From Leptogorgia sarmentosa (lineage: Eukaryota), in NCBI GenBank assembly GCA_964658305.1, contig OZ210885.1, positions 7,750,001 through 7,814,000 on the forward strand: a DNA stretch of 64,000 bases. Direction: 5' to 3'. The notes below the pieces were generated by a model, which was given only the letters and a program-made list of their open reading frames with translations, ran no database searches and was not told the origin of the DNA. A program made the position numbers and the translations under genes. Shown piece by piece: positions 28,951 to 40,351 of the stretch. The stretch's first letter is position 1. Each line of letters begins with the position of its first letter.

Positions 28951-30959
28951 TTAGTTGTGAGATTTGAAGCAAAATAGGATATTAAAAGCGGTAGTTGACT
29001 TGTTGCATGGTGTATGGGACAATATCAGTTTGTCGGAAAATCGGTAAATTTAATTGGAAATTTTTGAAAGTCATTAATTTGATAATAGGCGCAGGCTTCA
29101 TATTTTCTGACATGGAGATTGATTATTTCTACTTCAATGTTTAATACATTTTACCTCATTCATTATTCAATATCCCTACTGTCAGTATTTCAAAAATACT
29201 TGTCCGAGAGGAGAAATGGGGTGGAAGGGAAAATATTTCAGTGGCACTCTGCGTGTTTTGAATTCACCTGTCTTACTACAAACATTTTTATTCAGTCCAT
29301 GCTGTAAATAATTATCGAGAAAACGTCATGCTAAGAATTTTCTCTTAATTCTCAATGACGGTATAGTAAACGTATAAGATAGTGAAAATAGTATCACTGA
29401 ATAAGTTAAACAGTGAACATATGTGGAAATGTTTAGCAATTCGCCTAATTAATATAAGAGGCAACTGTATACTTGAAAATGATTTTGTTTCAACTTTAGT
29501 GTAGATTTTTAGTTGTATTTGCTGGTTTACAATATCGAATTATTATAGAATATTTGTCAATAAAAGTAAATTTACCAATGATGTTTGCAATGGTCGTCAC
29601 ATTTTCAGCATTATCAGCAAACCTTACTGAACTTCAGGCGTCATTATCTCTTAGTCGTATTTTCTAAAAATTTTTCATTTCAGCAGTGTTTTACAGATAC
29701 AACACTGAACCATCGATCCTTATAATTTTGTTTGCAGACTAAGGGACTCTTCATATGAGAAAAGTTATCTCTGTTGACAAGAAAATATTTCGAGTGTTTA
29801 ATGACTCAGTTCTGCTCTTATTGAGCACGTTATAACGTCACCACGCTTATCGAGTAAATTGTTTTGGGCCGGGAAAGGCTGGGTCAACCGGGGACGAATC
29901 GGATATGGGACTGTCCAACTTACTGGATTATTCTTCATTCCAACCAACACAAATTAATCCACCTTGGTCTGTATGAATATAACACCAAACCTAATTAAAA
30001 TAATTTTAAAAAACTATTTGCAAGATTCATTATGTAGATTTCAGCTTCGAAAGCATGAGCTTGTATCTTGTGGGTTCTTCCGAAGATCCAGCAAGATCCA
30101 TCTTTTGCTCCAGCTAATTTATCAACAACATCAGGACAATCTCGGGCTGAGTTGAATATCTCGCGCAATGTTGGAGAACCTGTATTGCCAGGTGAAAAAC
30201 GGCACAAACAGAATATGAATTGGTAATTTAAATTCTATACTTTTCCTAAGAATAGCAAAATTAAAAGCTTTTCAAAAATTGTCGTATTTTGTGGCTTATT
30301 TTGGCATCATTAAAACTTTAAAACTTCCTTAATAAATGACATATGAAATGCTCCATAAACCTGTACTATTAACCAGACATATAGACAACCATTTATTAAT
30401 TTAACACAATTTTTTACTTATATTCACCTTCCAAGAAAAGATAATGTTTCTCCCATTTGGTCCAGTGGTCAGGATTTGGGGCTTTCACCCGGCCATGGGA
30501 ATAAATTCCCGGCATGGGAAAAATATTTGTGAGAGAATGAAAAAAGTATAATATTAGGCAGCCTAACAAGCCGAACGCTTGACAAAAACATTCAGATGAT
30601 GAGGTTGGCAAGTAAATAATAATATGACTCACTACGCCTGAAAACAAGTCGAAAAAATCTACGTCTCGTCAACAAAATTAGGTAAAAAATAGCAGCCCGT
30701 ACTTCTAGGATATTATTACTAAATATGTACAACGTTTTCTGGCAACAGAATGAGTGAATAAGTCGAAAAAAATACAGCTAGTGAAATAAAGCTAACCAAA
30801 CTCATTTTTCTCGCGATTTAGCTAGTACTCGCGCTTTCGCAGCAACTCTTGTTTGAGTCCAGAACGGCTAATCATTTACAGCATTGGTAAAAGTATTCTG
30901 ATAATACTGGTGTAATTTCCGAAAAGTATATTATAAAGCATATAGTTGTGAATTCTCTA

Positions 30960-31730
30960 CAGGGTGTATCAAAAAAAAGTTTACTCGCGAAAAATGTCTT
31001 TTAGGCCGAAGCGCACGCACCCCATTGCAAACCATTGGTATATCTAAGTAGTTTGAGCCCTTCGGATACATCCTACACTAAAAATTTGCAGAAAACGACC
31101 ATTTTACGACTACGAAAAGTGTTATAAAAAGCCGTAGTAAAAATGGCTTGCGCGAAAAAATGTGAGGCGAAAAATGCAATTTGATTTGACAGCCTAAATC
31201 TATCGAACAAGTTTCATAAGTTAATCAAGTTTTGAGAAATTTGGTGCACGCTGAGACGAACGTGCGATGTCCGAAAACTGTATTTTCCGCAATTTCTTCG
31301 CGTAATTACGTACCTTTGGGAATTAGCTTCCAATTTGCATTGGTAATTAATGCAAATATCCAATTATGCATAAATTAATCGGTAATCACGCAGGAAAGAA
31401 CGCAAAATCCAGTTTTCGGACATCGCACGTTCGTCTCAGCGTGCACCAAATTTCTCAAAACTTGAATAACTTATGAAACTTGTTCGATAGATTTAGGCTG
31501 TCAAATCAAATTGCATTTTTCGCCTCACATTTTTTCGCGCAAGCCATTTTTACTACGGCTTTTTATAACACTTTTCGTAGTCGTAAAACGGTCGTTTTCT
31601 GCAAACTTTTAGTGTAGGATGTATCCGAAGGGCTCAAACTACTTAGATATACCAATGGTTTGCAATGGGGTGCATGCGCTTCGGCCTAAAAGACATTTTT
31701 CGCGAGTAAACTTTTTTTTGATACACCCTG
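30960..31730. mobile_element. Tc1/mariner-type MITE, near-perfect ~330-bp TIRs
   Basis: TA|cagggtgtatcaaaaaaaagtttactcgcg ... cgcgagtaaacttttttttgatacaccctg|TA. Confidence 0.95.
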
Positions 31731-32213
31731 TAGTGAATGTTATCGGTTAAAGCCGTCAATTTTGTCCTTAAATGAAGTACATCAATTTTGCACCTTTGTT
31801 TACATCATGACATAAACACGAACTTCGTCCTTGCCAAGCGACGAACAAGTCTTTGCAAAATACAAACCTGTTAGAAGTTGAATACTTTGGTTTTCAAAAA
31901 GGTTCTTAATGAACTTCTTTTTATCAAATTTCTCTTTTTTAAACGGGTTTCCCGTCGTTCATCTAAACATAGACGTCTATACCACTGGCATTAATCTTGG
32001 CTTGTACTTCAAAATGAATAAATATTCAATCTGCCAGCAAAATCCAACAAAATGTTTTAGTATTTAACAGCAGGACTAATCGTTTTAAAGAATTGGTGGA
32101 TATATTTAACACGAACCATAGATATGCATCTTAACCGTTTGGGTCGCATATTTCACATCAGGTCGCTTTAAATAAAGAAATTCAACGTTTTCCAGTTTAT
32201 AGACTATGATAAG

Positions 32214-32285
32214 AAGGAGCGGGAGGATTTGAACCACCGACCTCTCGATCTGCAGTCGAATGCTCTACCACTGAGCTACACTCCT
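32214..32285 (-). tRNA. tRNA-Cys(GCA)
   Basis: aggagtgtagctcagtggtagagcattcgactGCAgatcgagaggtcggtggttcaaatcctcccgctcctt. Confidence 0.85.
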
Positions 32286-32440
32286 TGTGTAGTCTACTAG
32301 GTTAATTACGTACATATTATTTCAAACGCAGCTATAATCAATTCACGGACCTCTTTTTTTTCAATTTTACATTCAAATACAAATTCGTACAATCTGGGAG
32401 TTTGTCTTCCACGTTCTTCAAAGTTTTCGAAGAAAATAAA

Positions 32441-32473
32441 GCCTCATCAGAGACTTGAACACTGACCCCTGGT
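32441..32473 (-). pseudogene. tRNA-Thr 3' half fragment
   Basis: accaggggtcagtgttcaagtctctgatgaggc matches the 3' half of 38823-38916 and starts at the 3' strand of the anticodon stem. Confidence 0.65.
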
Positions 32474-32685
32474 ATAATCTTGTTAACGTTTTGGAGGGTG
32501 AAATTGAGGTATTGCTATATATTTCGTGTAGTGCACTGGTTTCTACATGCGTCTAACACTGTAAGGGCCCCAGTTTAAATCTGACTAGGACCTGCATCTC
32601 CATGAATTTGTTTCATAATTATTTTTTGTTGCATCGATTCACTTCTCCAGAATTTTGTCTCGTTTCTGTAATTTTCTTCCAGTTC

Positions 32686-32758
32686 GTTTCCGTAGTGTAG
32701 TGGTTATCACGTGCGCCTCACACGCGCAAGGTCCTCAGTTCAAACCTGGGCGGAAACA
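32686..32758 (+). tRNA. tRNA-Val(CAC)
   Basis: gtttccgtagtgtagtggttatcacgtgcgcctCACacgcgcaaggtcctcagttcaaacctgggcggaaaca; T-run terminator downstream. Confidence 0.92.
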
Positions 32759-32862
32759 TACATATGAGCTTTTTTAACTGCAGATATTTTTTTTCTTTGA
32801 AAATTTTCAATAAAAAACGAAAAAGTGAATACATCTATTTCTATATGTTTCCGCATAGGTCA

Positions 32863-32935
32863 GTTTCCGTAGTGTAGTGGTTATCACATGCGCTTAACAC
32901 GCGCAAGGTCCTCAGTTCGAACCTGGGCGGAAACA
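32863..32935 (+). tRNA. tRNA-Val(AAC)
   Basis: Complete cloverleaf, loop ttAACac, GTTCGAA T-loop. Confidence 0.92.
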
Positions 32936-33071
32936 TACATATGAGCATTTTTAACTCGAGATATTTTTTTTTGAAAATTTCAATAATGAAATTTGAAATT
33001 TTCAATAATAAAAAAACCAGAAAATTAATTAAAGTGAATAAATCTGTTTCTATATGTTTACGCATAGGTCA

Positions 33072-33144
33072 GTTTACTTATTGTAGTGGTTATCACATGC
33101 GCTTAACACGCGCAAGGTCCTCAGTTCGAACCTGGGCGGAAACA
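33072..33144 (+). pseudogene. tRNA-Val(AAC), acceptor stem mutated
   Basis: Third tandem copy; 5' end gtttacttatt instead of gtttccgtagt. Confidence 0.8.
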
Positions 33145-33378
33145 CTCATGCGAGCTTTTTTAAATGGAGAGATTTTTTCTTTGGAATTTTTCAGTAAAAA
33201 ACCTGAAAAAAATTCTTGGTGATATTGAATTTGGATAAATAGATCAGCTTTGAAAGGAAATGTCCTCATTTTTTTGTGAAATTGTTGTAAGGAGTGGGAG
33301 GTTTAGCCTTTAGCGGTATTTCGCCAAACACAAGTGCAATTTTTCATTAATACTTCGAAAACAAGGATAATTTCCTTA

Positions 33379-33631
33379 AGGCCTGATTCCACGAGCGATA
33401 TTTCTTGGCGAAATGGGAAAATTTTCGCGCGAAATAATTGCACGCATGCGTCATAAAGGCAAATAAGATTTCTCGAGAAAAAATTTCGCTTCGCCAGTGA
33501 GTAGAAGTCAGTTCTACTCACTGCGAAAGCGAAAAATGTGGGAGAATTCAATAGAATCGTTCATGTGCAACCATCCGCATTTCGCAGACACAATTTCTCG
33601 CGAAATATTTCGCCGTCGAGGAAACAGGCCT
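33379..33631. mobile_element. PIF/Harbinger-like MITE, TTA TSD
   Basis: TTA|aggcctgattcc ... ggaaacaggcct|TTA; related empty-site sequence on the opposite strand at ~42110-42195. Confidence 0.8.
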
Positions 33632-33850
33632 TTATATTGTCATTGTTATCAATTTCAGGGCAATTTCAAAATGAAATAAATGAAAATCCATCGTAAATTT
33701 ATACGAGAAACGAAAATTTTACTGTAGTTTTACTTGTTTTTAAATTACCACTAAGAAAATTTTTAAAAGCAAAGTTTTCAACTTCTGAGACGACTCAGAA
33801 GGACGAGTGTTATTTGAGGTCGTTGGAAAACTCACGAGTGTATCTCTGAG

Positions 33851-33924
33851 GTCTCTGTGGCGCAATCGGTTAGTGCGTTCGGCTGTTAACCGAAAGGTTG
33901 TTGGTTCGAGTCCAACCAGGGACG
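33851..33924 (+). tRNA. tRNA-Asn(GTT)
   Basis: gtctctgtggcgcaatcggttagtgcgttcggctGTTaaccgaaaggttgttggttcgagtccaaccagggacg. Confidence 0.92.
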
Positions 33925-34040
33925 TGTTTGATGTGTTCAGACGTCGTGACGGTAAATGTAACCGGATTTTTTGCGCGAGGTTTTCTAAGGATTTACGGAA
34001 GCTTTCAAAAAAGAGAACATCTTACTTGGTTAATTAACTT

Positions 34041-34116
34041 GGGCTTGCACGGGAATCGAACCCGTGACCTCATATAATCTCATATCATAGTAATCATACC
34101 ACTAGACCAGCAAGCC
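34041..34116 (-). pseudogene. tRNA-Pro pseudogene, anticodon arm replaced by AT-rich filler
   Basis: ggcttgctggtctagtggtatgatt[actatgatatgagattatat]gaggtcacgggttcgattcccgtgcaagccc. Confidence 0.85.
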
Positions 34117-34142
34117 ATTGATGGTATCAAAATGTTCTGTAA

Positions 34143-34644
34143 GGGCCTGTTTATATGAGAGGCGGGACGGGACGTTTGCCTAGACGGGATGTTTTTCATC
34201 CCGTGTTGAATTTCCCTTTACATGAGTGGAGGGACGGGACGTTCACCGGGACGTAAACAGGGGCGGGACAATATCAAGCTCTCGCAAAATGCTTATTTTT
34301 CTCCTTCAACATTGATGTTAATAATTCATTCTATACTCGCATTTCCACCGTACTTGAATGTTATTTTATGACCTTAACAAGAAAAAAGAGAATTGGGCCA
34401 TATAATTGAAATTATTGTTGAAATATAAAAATTGACTTTGTCCCGGTGAGGCAGGATGGAGCATTTATATGGGAAAAATCGTCCCGCTTAAGGCGGGATC
34501 CCGCCTGACCGAGACGGGACGAAAAACGTCTCGGCTCCATATAAACAGATCATATTAATAATAGCAAAGTGTATATAGGCCGGGATCCCGTTAAACGTCC
34601 CGTCCCGGCAAACGTCCCGTCCCGGCTCTCATATAAACAGCCCC
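34143..34644. mobile_element. PIF/Harbinger-like MITE, TAA TSD
   Basis: TAA|gggcctgtttatatgagag ... ctctcatataaacagcccc|TAA; internal gggac/gtccc repeats; empty paralogous site at ~63451-63490. Confidence 0.92.
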
Positions 34645-34689
34645 TAATATAATTTGTACTGACGAAGAAAAATATGTGATTAATATGGA

Positions 34690-34761
34690 TATGGGATCGT
34701 ATAGTGCATAGTATATTGCCTTGTGGCTGCAATAACCGAGGTTCGATTTCTGGTCACTGCA
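34690..34761 (+). pseudogene. tRNA-His(GTG) pseudogene
   Basis: gatcgtatagtg..ttgccttGTGgctgcaataaccgaggttcgatttctggtcactgca; many mismatches. Confidence 0.7.
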
Positions 34762-34909
34762 TCTGTTTCAAACACCAGAAAGTATTGTAATCACCATTGC
34801 GGGCATCGTCAACGTTGAAGTTCTGTTTGTTATTAAATTGGTTTGATTGCGGAGAACGAGTTTGAACATGTGAGCACAAACTGTTTCAAGTTGAAATTTT
34901 CGGGAAAAA

Positions 34910-34975
34910 TTCCCACGCTGGGAATTGAACCTGGGCCATGGCGGTGAAAACGCCAGATCCTAAGACCACATTGGA
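34910..34975 (-). pseudogene. tRNA-Glu(TTC) pseudogene
   Basis: Matches 37880-37951 with a 6-nt D-arm deletion. Confidence 0.8.
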
Positions 34976-35083
34976 GTGATAAATTGTTGATAATTTCTTT
35001 GTAAAGCCACCTTTTTTGTCGTGTAGAAATTAAAATTGAAATCCAACATCTCGGCAGAGCCTATTTTAGACATCACATTTGAA

Positions 35084-36300
35084 TTTTTATGACGCTGACG
35101 AAGTCATCGCCCATATTGTTATCGTGTACGTACGTACGTACGTACGGGTTTGTATCACTGAGCTATACTTAATATATCTGGAGATCGGGTCGTAATACAA
35201 CGCCGTACAAAATAGTGTCGCCAAAAACATGGCGGATTTTAGCCAAATTTACGTCATTATGACGTAGTAAGTCCCCTATTTCAGGGGACTAACCACTGAC
35301 CAAATAACATTGCCGAAAGTGAGCAGTTTTCTCACCCCCTGTCTGAAAATAAAATACTAAAATACCAGCTAATATCACGTCAAAGTTTTAAATTCAAAAC
35401 AATATTTCGTTGAATTTTGTTGATTATCAACATGCCGCGTTTTTGCACACATAGTTGGCGACGGTCGGTCACTTATTTGCTGAACTACATTTAATTTCAG
35501 ATAAATTACGGATGCCACAACTCCTTTGTCAAGTGCTCAACTCCTCTTTAATCAATCGCGTTCGCTATTTATAGGCGCGTACATCGACAAATACAACAAT
35601 ATATTTTTGAGATGTAAGAGAATTTTAATACTTTATCTCAATTCTTTGAAAAAATATCAAAACAGCAATGCAGTATATATTTATATATAAAATCGTACCG
35701 TAAAATCCAGGGAGGGTTGGAAACGGCGCCTGCACACACTTCAACTGTGGTCAGTAATTACCATCATGAGAATAGGGGACGTGTGACGTAAAATCCGCCA
35801 TGTTTTTGGCGACACTTCAAAGTGGAGAGCCCGATCTCCAGATATATTAAGTATAGCTCAGTGGTTTGTATATTTGTCCAGCTAGCCTGCACGCCCGCCA
35901 CATGCCTGTAATGCGCAGGCGATATACGAAATTGGGAAGTAGACTCAAGCCTTCGTGCTTGTTTAAAAGTACTCAAGCCGCTATGCCTTGCGAAGTTCAA
36001 ACTCAAGCCTTCGTGCTTGTATTTAATAGACTCAAGCTTTCGTGGTTGTTGAGATTTAATAGACACAAACATCGTGTTTGCTTAAAAGTACTCAAGCCGC
36101 TGTGCGTACGATCTTCAAACTATCAAATCAACCTATAGTCATTGTGCAGGTATTTATACAAATCAGCCAAGCCATTGTGCTGGTAGAGCAAATCAAGCCA
36201 CTTAAATAAACATTCATTCCGCAGCCGCCTGGCGCCATACTGGCATTGTGACAGGACAAGATGTCGGTTTCACTTGAAAGACTGCAAGACTTCAAGACTG
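35084..36300 (+). mobile_element. Putative DINE-1/HINE-like (Helentron-associated) repeat hosting a nested MITE
   Basis: Starts tttttat + short hairpin + (TACG)n microsatellite; internal ~29-30-bp tandem repeats actcaagcc.. at 35942-36100; 3' boundary and class uncertain. Confidence 0.45.
35156..35863. mobile_element. Non-autonomous TIR element (P/hAT-type), 8-bp TSD
   Basis: Perfect TIR cactgagctatacttaatatatctggagatcggg; GTTTGTAT duplicated at 35148-35155 and 35864-35871. Confidence 0.92.
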
Positions 36301-36313
36301 AATTAAATATAAC

Positions 36314-36379
36314 CATCATCATTATCATAATCGTCATTATCATCATCACTATCATCATTCACCATCATCATCATCATCA
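36314..36379. repeat. Imperfect (CAT)n microsatellite
   Basis: catcatcattatcataatcgtcattatcatcatc... Confidence 0.9.
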
Positions 36380-37114
36380 GACTTAATTCGCACCAAAATT
36401 CTGCCATATTCCTGCTTATACTTTTGTCTCTTATGTGCCTTTTGTACATAATTTACTAGCTACTGAACAGCACTACCGTGTCCGCAGTCAGCGCCCATAA
36501 GCACACACTGTGTGCCTATTTTTTTTATAATGCAGGGAATTGTATTATCTTTCTCTTCCACCTGCCGTTTGGCAATTCAAAGTTAATTGAAACAAATTGA
36601 AGCAAGAACAAAATAAATGTGAAGGTGAACTTGTTAATAGGTTGTTTGCAATGGCGTAAATTTGGAATTTCAGTTGACAAGCAAGTAGGCCGAAAATCAA
36701 TCCATTGGAGACATTTTAAGATTTAGAGACATTTTAAGTCTTGGATAGATGTGCTAACGTCATTTTATCTTGCTACAAGCATTTGAATACTGAGAAAGAT
36801 CGTGTACAAGTTGTTCAATTGCCCGTCATTTGGGCAAAAAGTCACGTGATTGCAAACAAGCAATTTAATTACTAAAGGAATACTCTATTATAAATCAGTT
36901 TGTGGGATTATTCCGGAATCTTTTGTTGCTGGGATTAATTCTTTATCGTGCCAACACGTAAAAGAGGTTCATATCAGAAAATCTTAATTCAACTTTTCTC
37001 CCCGTTATAGATGAAATTATGAGTTTTCCCAAAAAATGGATAAGAAACGTGAACTTGCAATTGTGAAATATATATTAACTGAATCAACAACAGCTTCAGA
37101 GAACAACGAAAATT

Positions 37115-37196
37115 TGGTAGCGGTGGGATTCGTACCCACGCCATCGAAATGACTGGTGCCTGAAACCAGCGCCTTTGACCACTCGGCCACGCTACC
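37115..37196 (-). tRNA. tRNA-Leu(CAG), T-loop variant (possibly pseudogene)
   Basis: ggtagcgtggccgagtggtcaaaggcgctggtttCAGgcaccag..., long variable arm; B-box reads GTACGA. Confidence 0.75.
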
Positions 37197-37318
37197 CTTG
37201 ACTCGTGACAATATAAAATCTCTTTAATAAAAACCTACATCGTTTAAAGAGATGTCTTTCGGTATCAAAGAAAGGAAGAAACGTTAAACAAATCGGAATT
37301 TTGACATTAACGTGTTAA

Positions 37319-37384
37319 CGTTCTGTGGTGTAATGGTTAGCATTTTGGACTCTGAATCCAGCGATTCAATTCTCGGCAGAACCT
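37319..37384 (+). pseudogene. tRNA-Gln(CTG) pseudogene
   Basis: gttctgtggtgtaatggttagcattttggactCTGaatccagcgat, then a T-stem deletion. Confidence 0.8.
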
Positions 37385-37709
37385 GCTTTAACATTTGAAT
37401 ATTTTTAAAATGCTTTTTTCCAGCATCCTTTTTTTAATGAAGAGTTAATTGAAACAAATTGATCCAAGAACAAAATTAATGCGAAGAAGAGCTTGTAAAA
37501 TTAATTACTAAAGGGACATTCTGTTAAAACTTCATTTTTCCAATAAAATTATGAAGATTAAAAATGAAGAATTTAAAAACCAATGAAAAAACTCGTTAGG
37601 CACAAACAAATAGTTTGTGGGTATGAAACGTTTTAGAGATAAAAAGAGGATGATATCAGAAAGTGTTAATTTTACTTTCCTCTGTTATGGTAGGGTGGTC
37701 AGAAGTGCT

Positions 37710-37793
37710 TTAACTTGAAGTGAATTGAACACTTAACCTTCTGATCTCCTTCAGATCTGGAGTCCGAAGCGCTATCAATTGCGCCACAAGGTC
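37710..37793 (-). pseudogene. tRNA-Trp(CCA) pseudogene with 11-nt duplication beside the anticodon
   Basis: Matches 39513-39585 but reads gactcc-agatctgaagg-agatcagaagg. Confidence 0.8.
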
Positions 37794-37879
37794 GTAGCAT
37801 TGTTAAAATGATTTGGTTTCAGAGAACGAATTTGAAAATGTGAACACAATCTGTTTCAAAATGAAATTTTCAGAAAAAT

Positions 37880-37951
37880 TTCCCACGCCGGGAATCGAAC
37901 CCGGGCCATGGCGGTGAAAACGCCAGATCCTAACCACTAGACCACATGGGA
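37880..37951 (-). tRNA. tRNA-Glu(TTC)
   Basis: tcccatgtggtctagtggttaggatctggcgttTTCaccgccatggcccgggttcgattcccggcgtgggaa. Confidence 0.93.
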
Positions 37952-38041
37952 GTGATAACGCCTTGATTATTCCCGTGTTTCAAAACCAGTTTGTTTCTCG
38001 TGTTGCAGTTGAAATTGAAACGCAACAAAATGAAAATAACC

Positions 38042-38112
38042 TGCGTTAGCGAGGAATCGAACCCCGGTCTCCCGCGTGGCAGGCGAGAATTCTACCACTG
38101 AACCACCAACGC
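38042..38112 (-). tRNA. tRNA-Gly(GCC)
   Basis: gcgttggtggttcagtggtagaattctcgcctGCCacgcgggagaccggggttcgattcctcgctaacgca. Confidence 0.8.
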
Positions 38113-38396
38113 AAAGTTGCCCAATTATTTCGTTATAATGTTCATATTCCACAAGATTCCGAACATTTCCACCAAACACCTTCAAATAATAAATCAGAGT
38201 AAGTTCTAGGAAATTGTTACACTTTAAACATGATCAGCAAAATCAATTTTTTTTGTTGAAAAGCAAGATCATGTCAACAAAGACTTAAATACAGAAAACA
38301 CCAAAAGAATGGGTAAGAGGGATAGAGCTAGTATAATAGCAACGGTTTTGCTAATTTTTCGAATTGCATATTTTTTTCCTTCTCTCGCAAGTATTA

Positions 38397-38468
38397 TTCC
38401 CATGCCGGGAATCGAACCCTGGCCTTGGCGGTGAGAGCGCCAGATCCTGACCACTGGACTACATGGGA
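38397..38468 (-). tRNA. tRNA-Glu(CTC)
   Basis: tcccatgtagtccagtggtcaggatctggcgctCTCaccgccaaggccagggttcgattcccggcatgggaa. Confidence 0.88.
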
Positions 38469-38822
38469 GAAACATTTATCTTTTCTCGGAATGTGAAAAT
38501 AACGATAATATTTTAATTTGAATTTGGAAGAAAATTTCGAGAGACAGCGTGGCCAGAAGTGCTTGACCTTGAAGTGAAAAAATCGAGCTATTTGTTCTGG
38601 GAAAGAAGAAAGACTTTGAAACGGGGACTCATCAATTCCGCTTAATTGAAATATGCTTCTTCTAAAGTCAGGAAGTAATCGTTTGTCAAAGAAAGAAAAC
38701 AAGGACATAATTTCAATTTTAATCATTTTGCAATATGAATGAATTGGTGAAGAATAGCAAAGGTAATTTAAGTAATAAAATTCAACGGGAAGCTTGTGAA
38801 ATCAACACGGAGTTGTCAGCGT

Positions 38823-38916
38823 GCGTCATTAGCTCAGGGGTTAGAGCACTGGTCTAACTGGTCTAGTAAAACAGCCGGTAAACCAGGGGTCCAGAGTTCA
38901 AATCTCTGATGAGGCT
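38823..38916 (+). pseudogene. tRNA-Thr-like gene with 21-nt insertion in the anticodon loop, copy 1
   Basis: Thr-type body (tcattagctcag..agagcactggtct...aaaccaggggtc..gttcaaatctctgatgaggc), 94 nt. Confidence 0.7.
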
Positions 38917-39042
38917 CAATTTTCTCGATTTCTTCGAAGCACGGTGAAGACAACCGCCGCGAATGCATTGCATAAGTATGCAAAGTGTTAAAACTGATCA
39001 AATAAAAAAGCTAATTATTGACTTTAATGACCGAAATAAGTT

Positions 39043-39136
39043 GTCTCATTAGCTCAGGGGTTAGAGCACTGGTCTAACTGGTCTAGTAAAACAGCTGGTA
39101 AACCAGGGGTCCAGAGTTCGAATCTCTGATGGGGCA
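39043..39136 (+). pseudogene. tRNA-Thr-like gene with 21-nt insertion in the anticodon loop, copy 2
   Basis: Same insertion as copy 1 with one substitution; intact GTTCGAATC B-box. Confidence 0.7.
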
Positions 39137-39403
39137 CAAATATATCACTGTATAAATTATATATATAAATTTGAGAAAGTAGAAAACTTGGTAAGGGCAA
39201 CTTGTCAATTCCACTTAGTTGAAATATGTTTCTTCTAAAGTCTGGAAGTAAGCGTTTGTCAAAGAAAGAAAACAAGGAAATAATTGCTATTTTAATATTT
39301 TTAATACGCAATATGAAATGAATTAGCGAAGAATTGCAAAAGTAATGAAAGTCAACGCCAAGCTTCTGATATTAACATTTTAACGAAAGAATTGAGCAAC
39401 TTT

Positions 39404-39436
39404 GCGTTGGTGGTTCAGTGGTAGAATTCTCGCCTG
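39404..39436 (+). pseudogene. tRNA-Gly 5' half
   Basis: gcgttggtggttcagtggtagaattctcgcctg, broken after the first anticodon base. Confidence 0.8.
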
Positions 39437-39512
39437 AATTTTCAATTTGAAGCAGCTTGTGTTCACATTTTCAAACTCGATCTCTGAAACCAAACCCGTT
39501 TAACAGCGCTAC

Positions 39513-39585
39513 GACCTTGTGGCGAAATTGGTAGCGCGTCTGACTCCAGATCAGAAGGTTAAGTGTTCAATTCACTTCAAGGTCA
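39513..39585 (+). tRNA. tRNA-Trp(CCA)
   Basis: gaccttgtggcgaaattggtagcgcgtctgactCCAgatcagaaggttaagtgttcaattcacttcaaggtca. Confidence 0.8.
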
Positions 39586-39681
39586 AGCACTTCTGGCCAC
39601 GATGTCTGTCGAAATTTTCTTCGAAATTCAAATTAAAAATATTATCGTTATTTTCACATTCCGAGAAAAGATAAACGTTTT

Positions 39682-39753
39682 TCCCATGTAGTCCAGTAGT
39701 CAGGATCTGGCGCTCTCACCGCCAAGGCCCGGGTTCGATTCCCGGGATGAGAA
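39682..39753 (+). tRNA. tRNA-Glu(CTC), several substitutions
   Basis: Inverted paralogue of 38397-38468; D-loop GG changed to AG and an acceptor-stem mismatch. Confidence 0.7.
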
Positions 39754-40038
39754 TAATACTTGGGAGAGAAGGGAAAAAATATGCAATTCGAGAAATTGAC
39801 AAAAGGATTGCTATTATACTCGCTCTATCTCTCTTACCTATTCTTTTGGTGTTTTCCGTATTTGTCTTTGTTGACATGATCTTGCTTTTCCACAAAAAAT
39901 TAACTCTGCTGATCATGTTTAAAGTGTAACAATTTCCTAGAACTTAGTCTGATTTATTATGTGAAGGTGTTTCAATTGGTGAAAATGCTCGGCATCTTGT
40001 GGAAAATGACCATTATAACGAAAGAATTTAGCAACTTA

Positions 40039-40110
40039 GCGTTGGTGGTTCAGTGGTAGAATTCTCGCCTGCCACGCGGGAGACCGGGGTTCGACTCCCC
40101 GCTACCACGG
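40039..40110 (+). tRNA. tRNA-Gly(GCC), 3' acceptor strand degenerate (possible pseudogene)
   Basis: Inverted paralogue of 38042-38112. Confidence 0.65.
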
Positions 40111-40269
40111 AATATTTTCATTTTGTTGCATTTCAATTTCTGTTGCACCTCTGGCTTTATAACACAGAAGTAGTGAACAAACTCGTTTTTTGAAACCAAA
40201 CCATTTTAACAGCGCTTCTACGCTATTAATTTTGCCAAATAGCTACATTCTAGAATAAAATTGCTTTTT

Positions 40270-40351
40270 CGTAGTCGGCAGGATTTGAACCTGCGCGGGA
40301 ATTTCCCAACAGATTTCAAATCTGTCTCTTTAACCACTCGGCCACGACTAC
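40270..40351 (-). tRNA. tRNA-Ser(TGA)
   Basis: gtagtcgtggccgagtggttaaagagacagattTGAaatctgttgggaaattcccgcgcaggttcaaatcctgccgactacg. Confidence 0.82.

Noticed and set aside
32520..32595. Very degenerate tRNA-Val-like sequence
   Set aside because: Stems do not pair convincingly, so it was not annotated.
35942..36100. ~30-bp repeats that might resemble a CRISPR array
   Set aside because: Degenerate tandem repeats without unique spacers, inside a eukaryotic repeat, and no cas genes.
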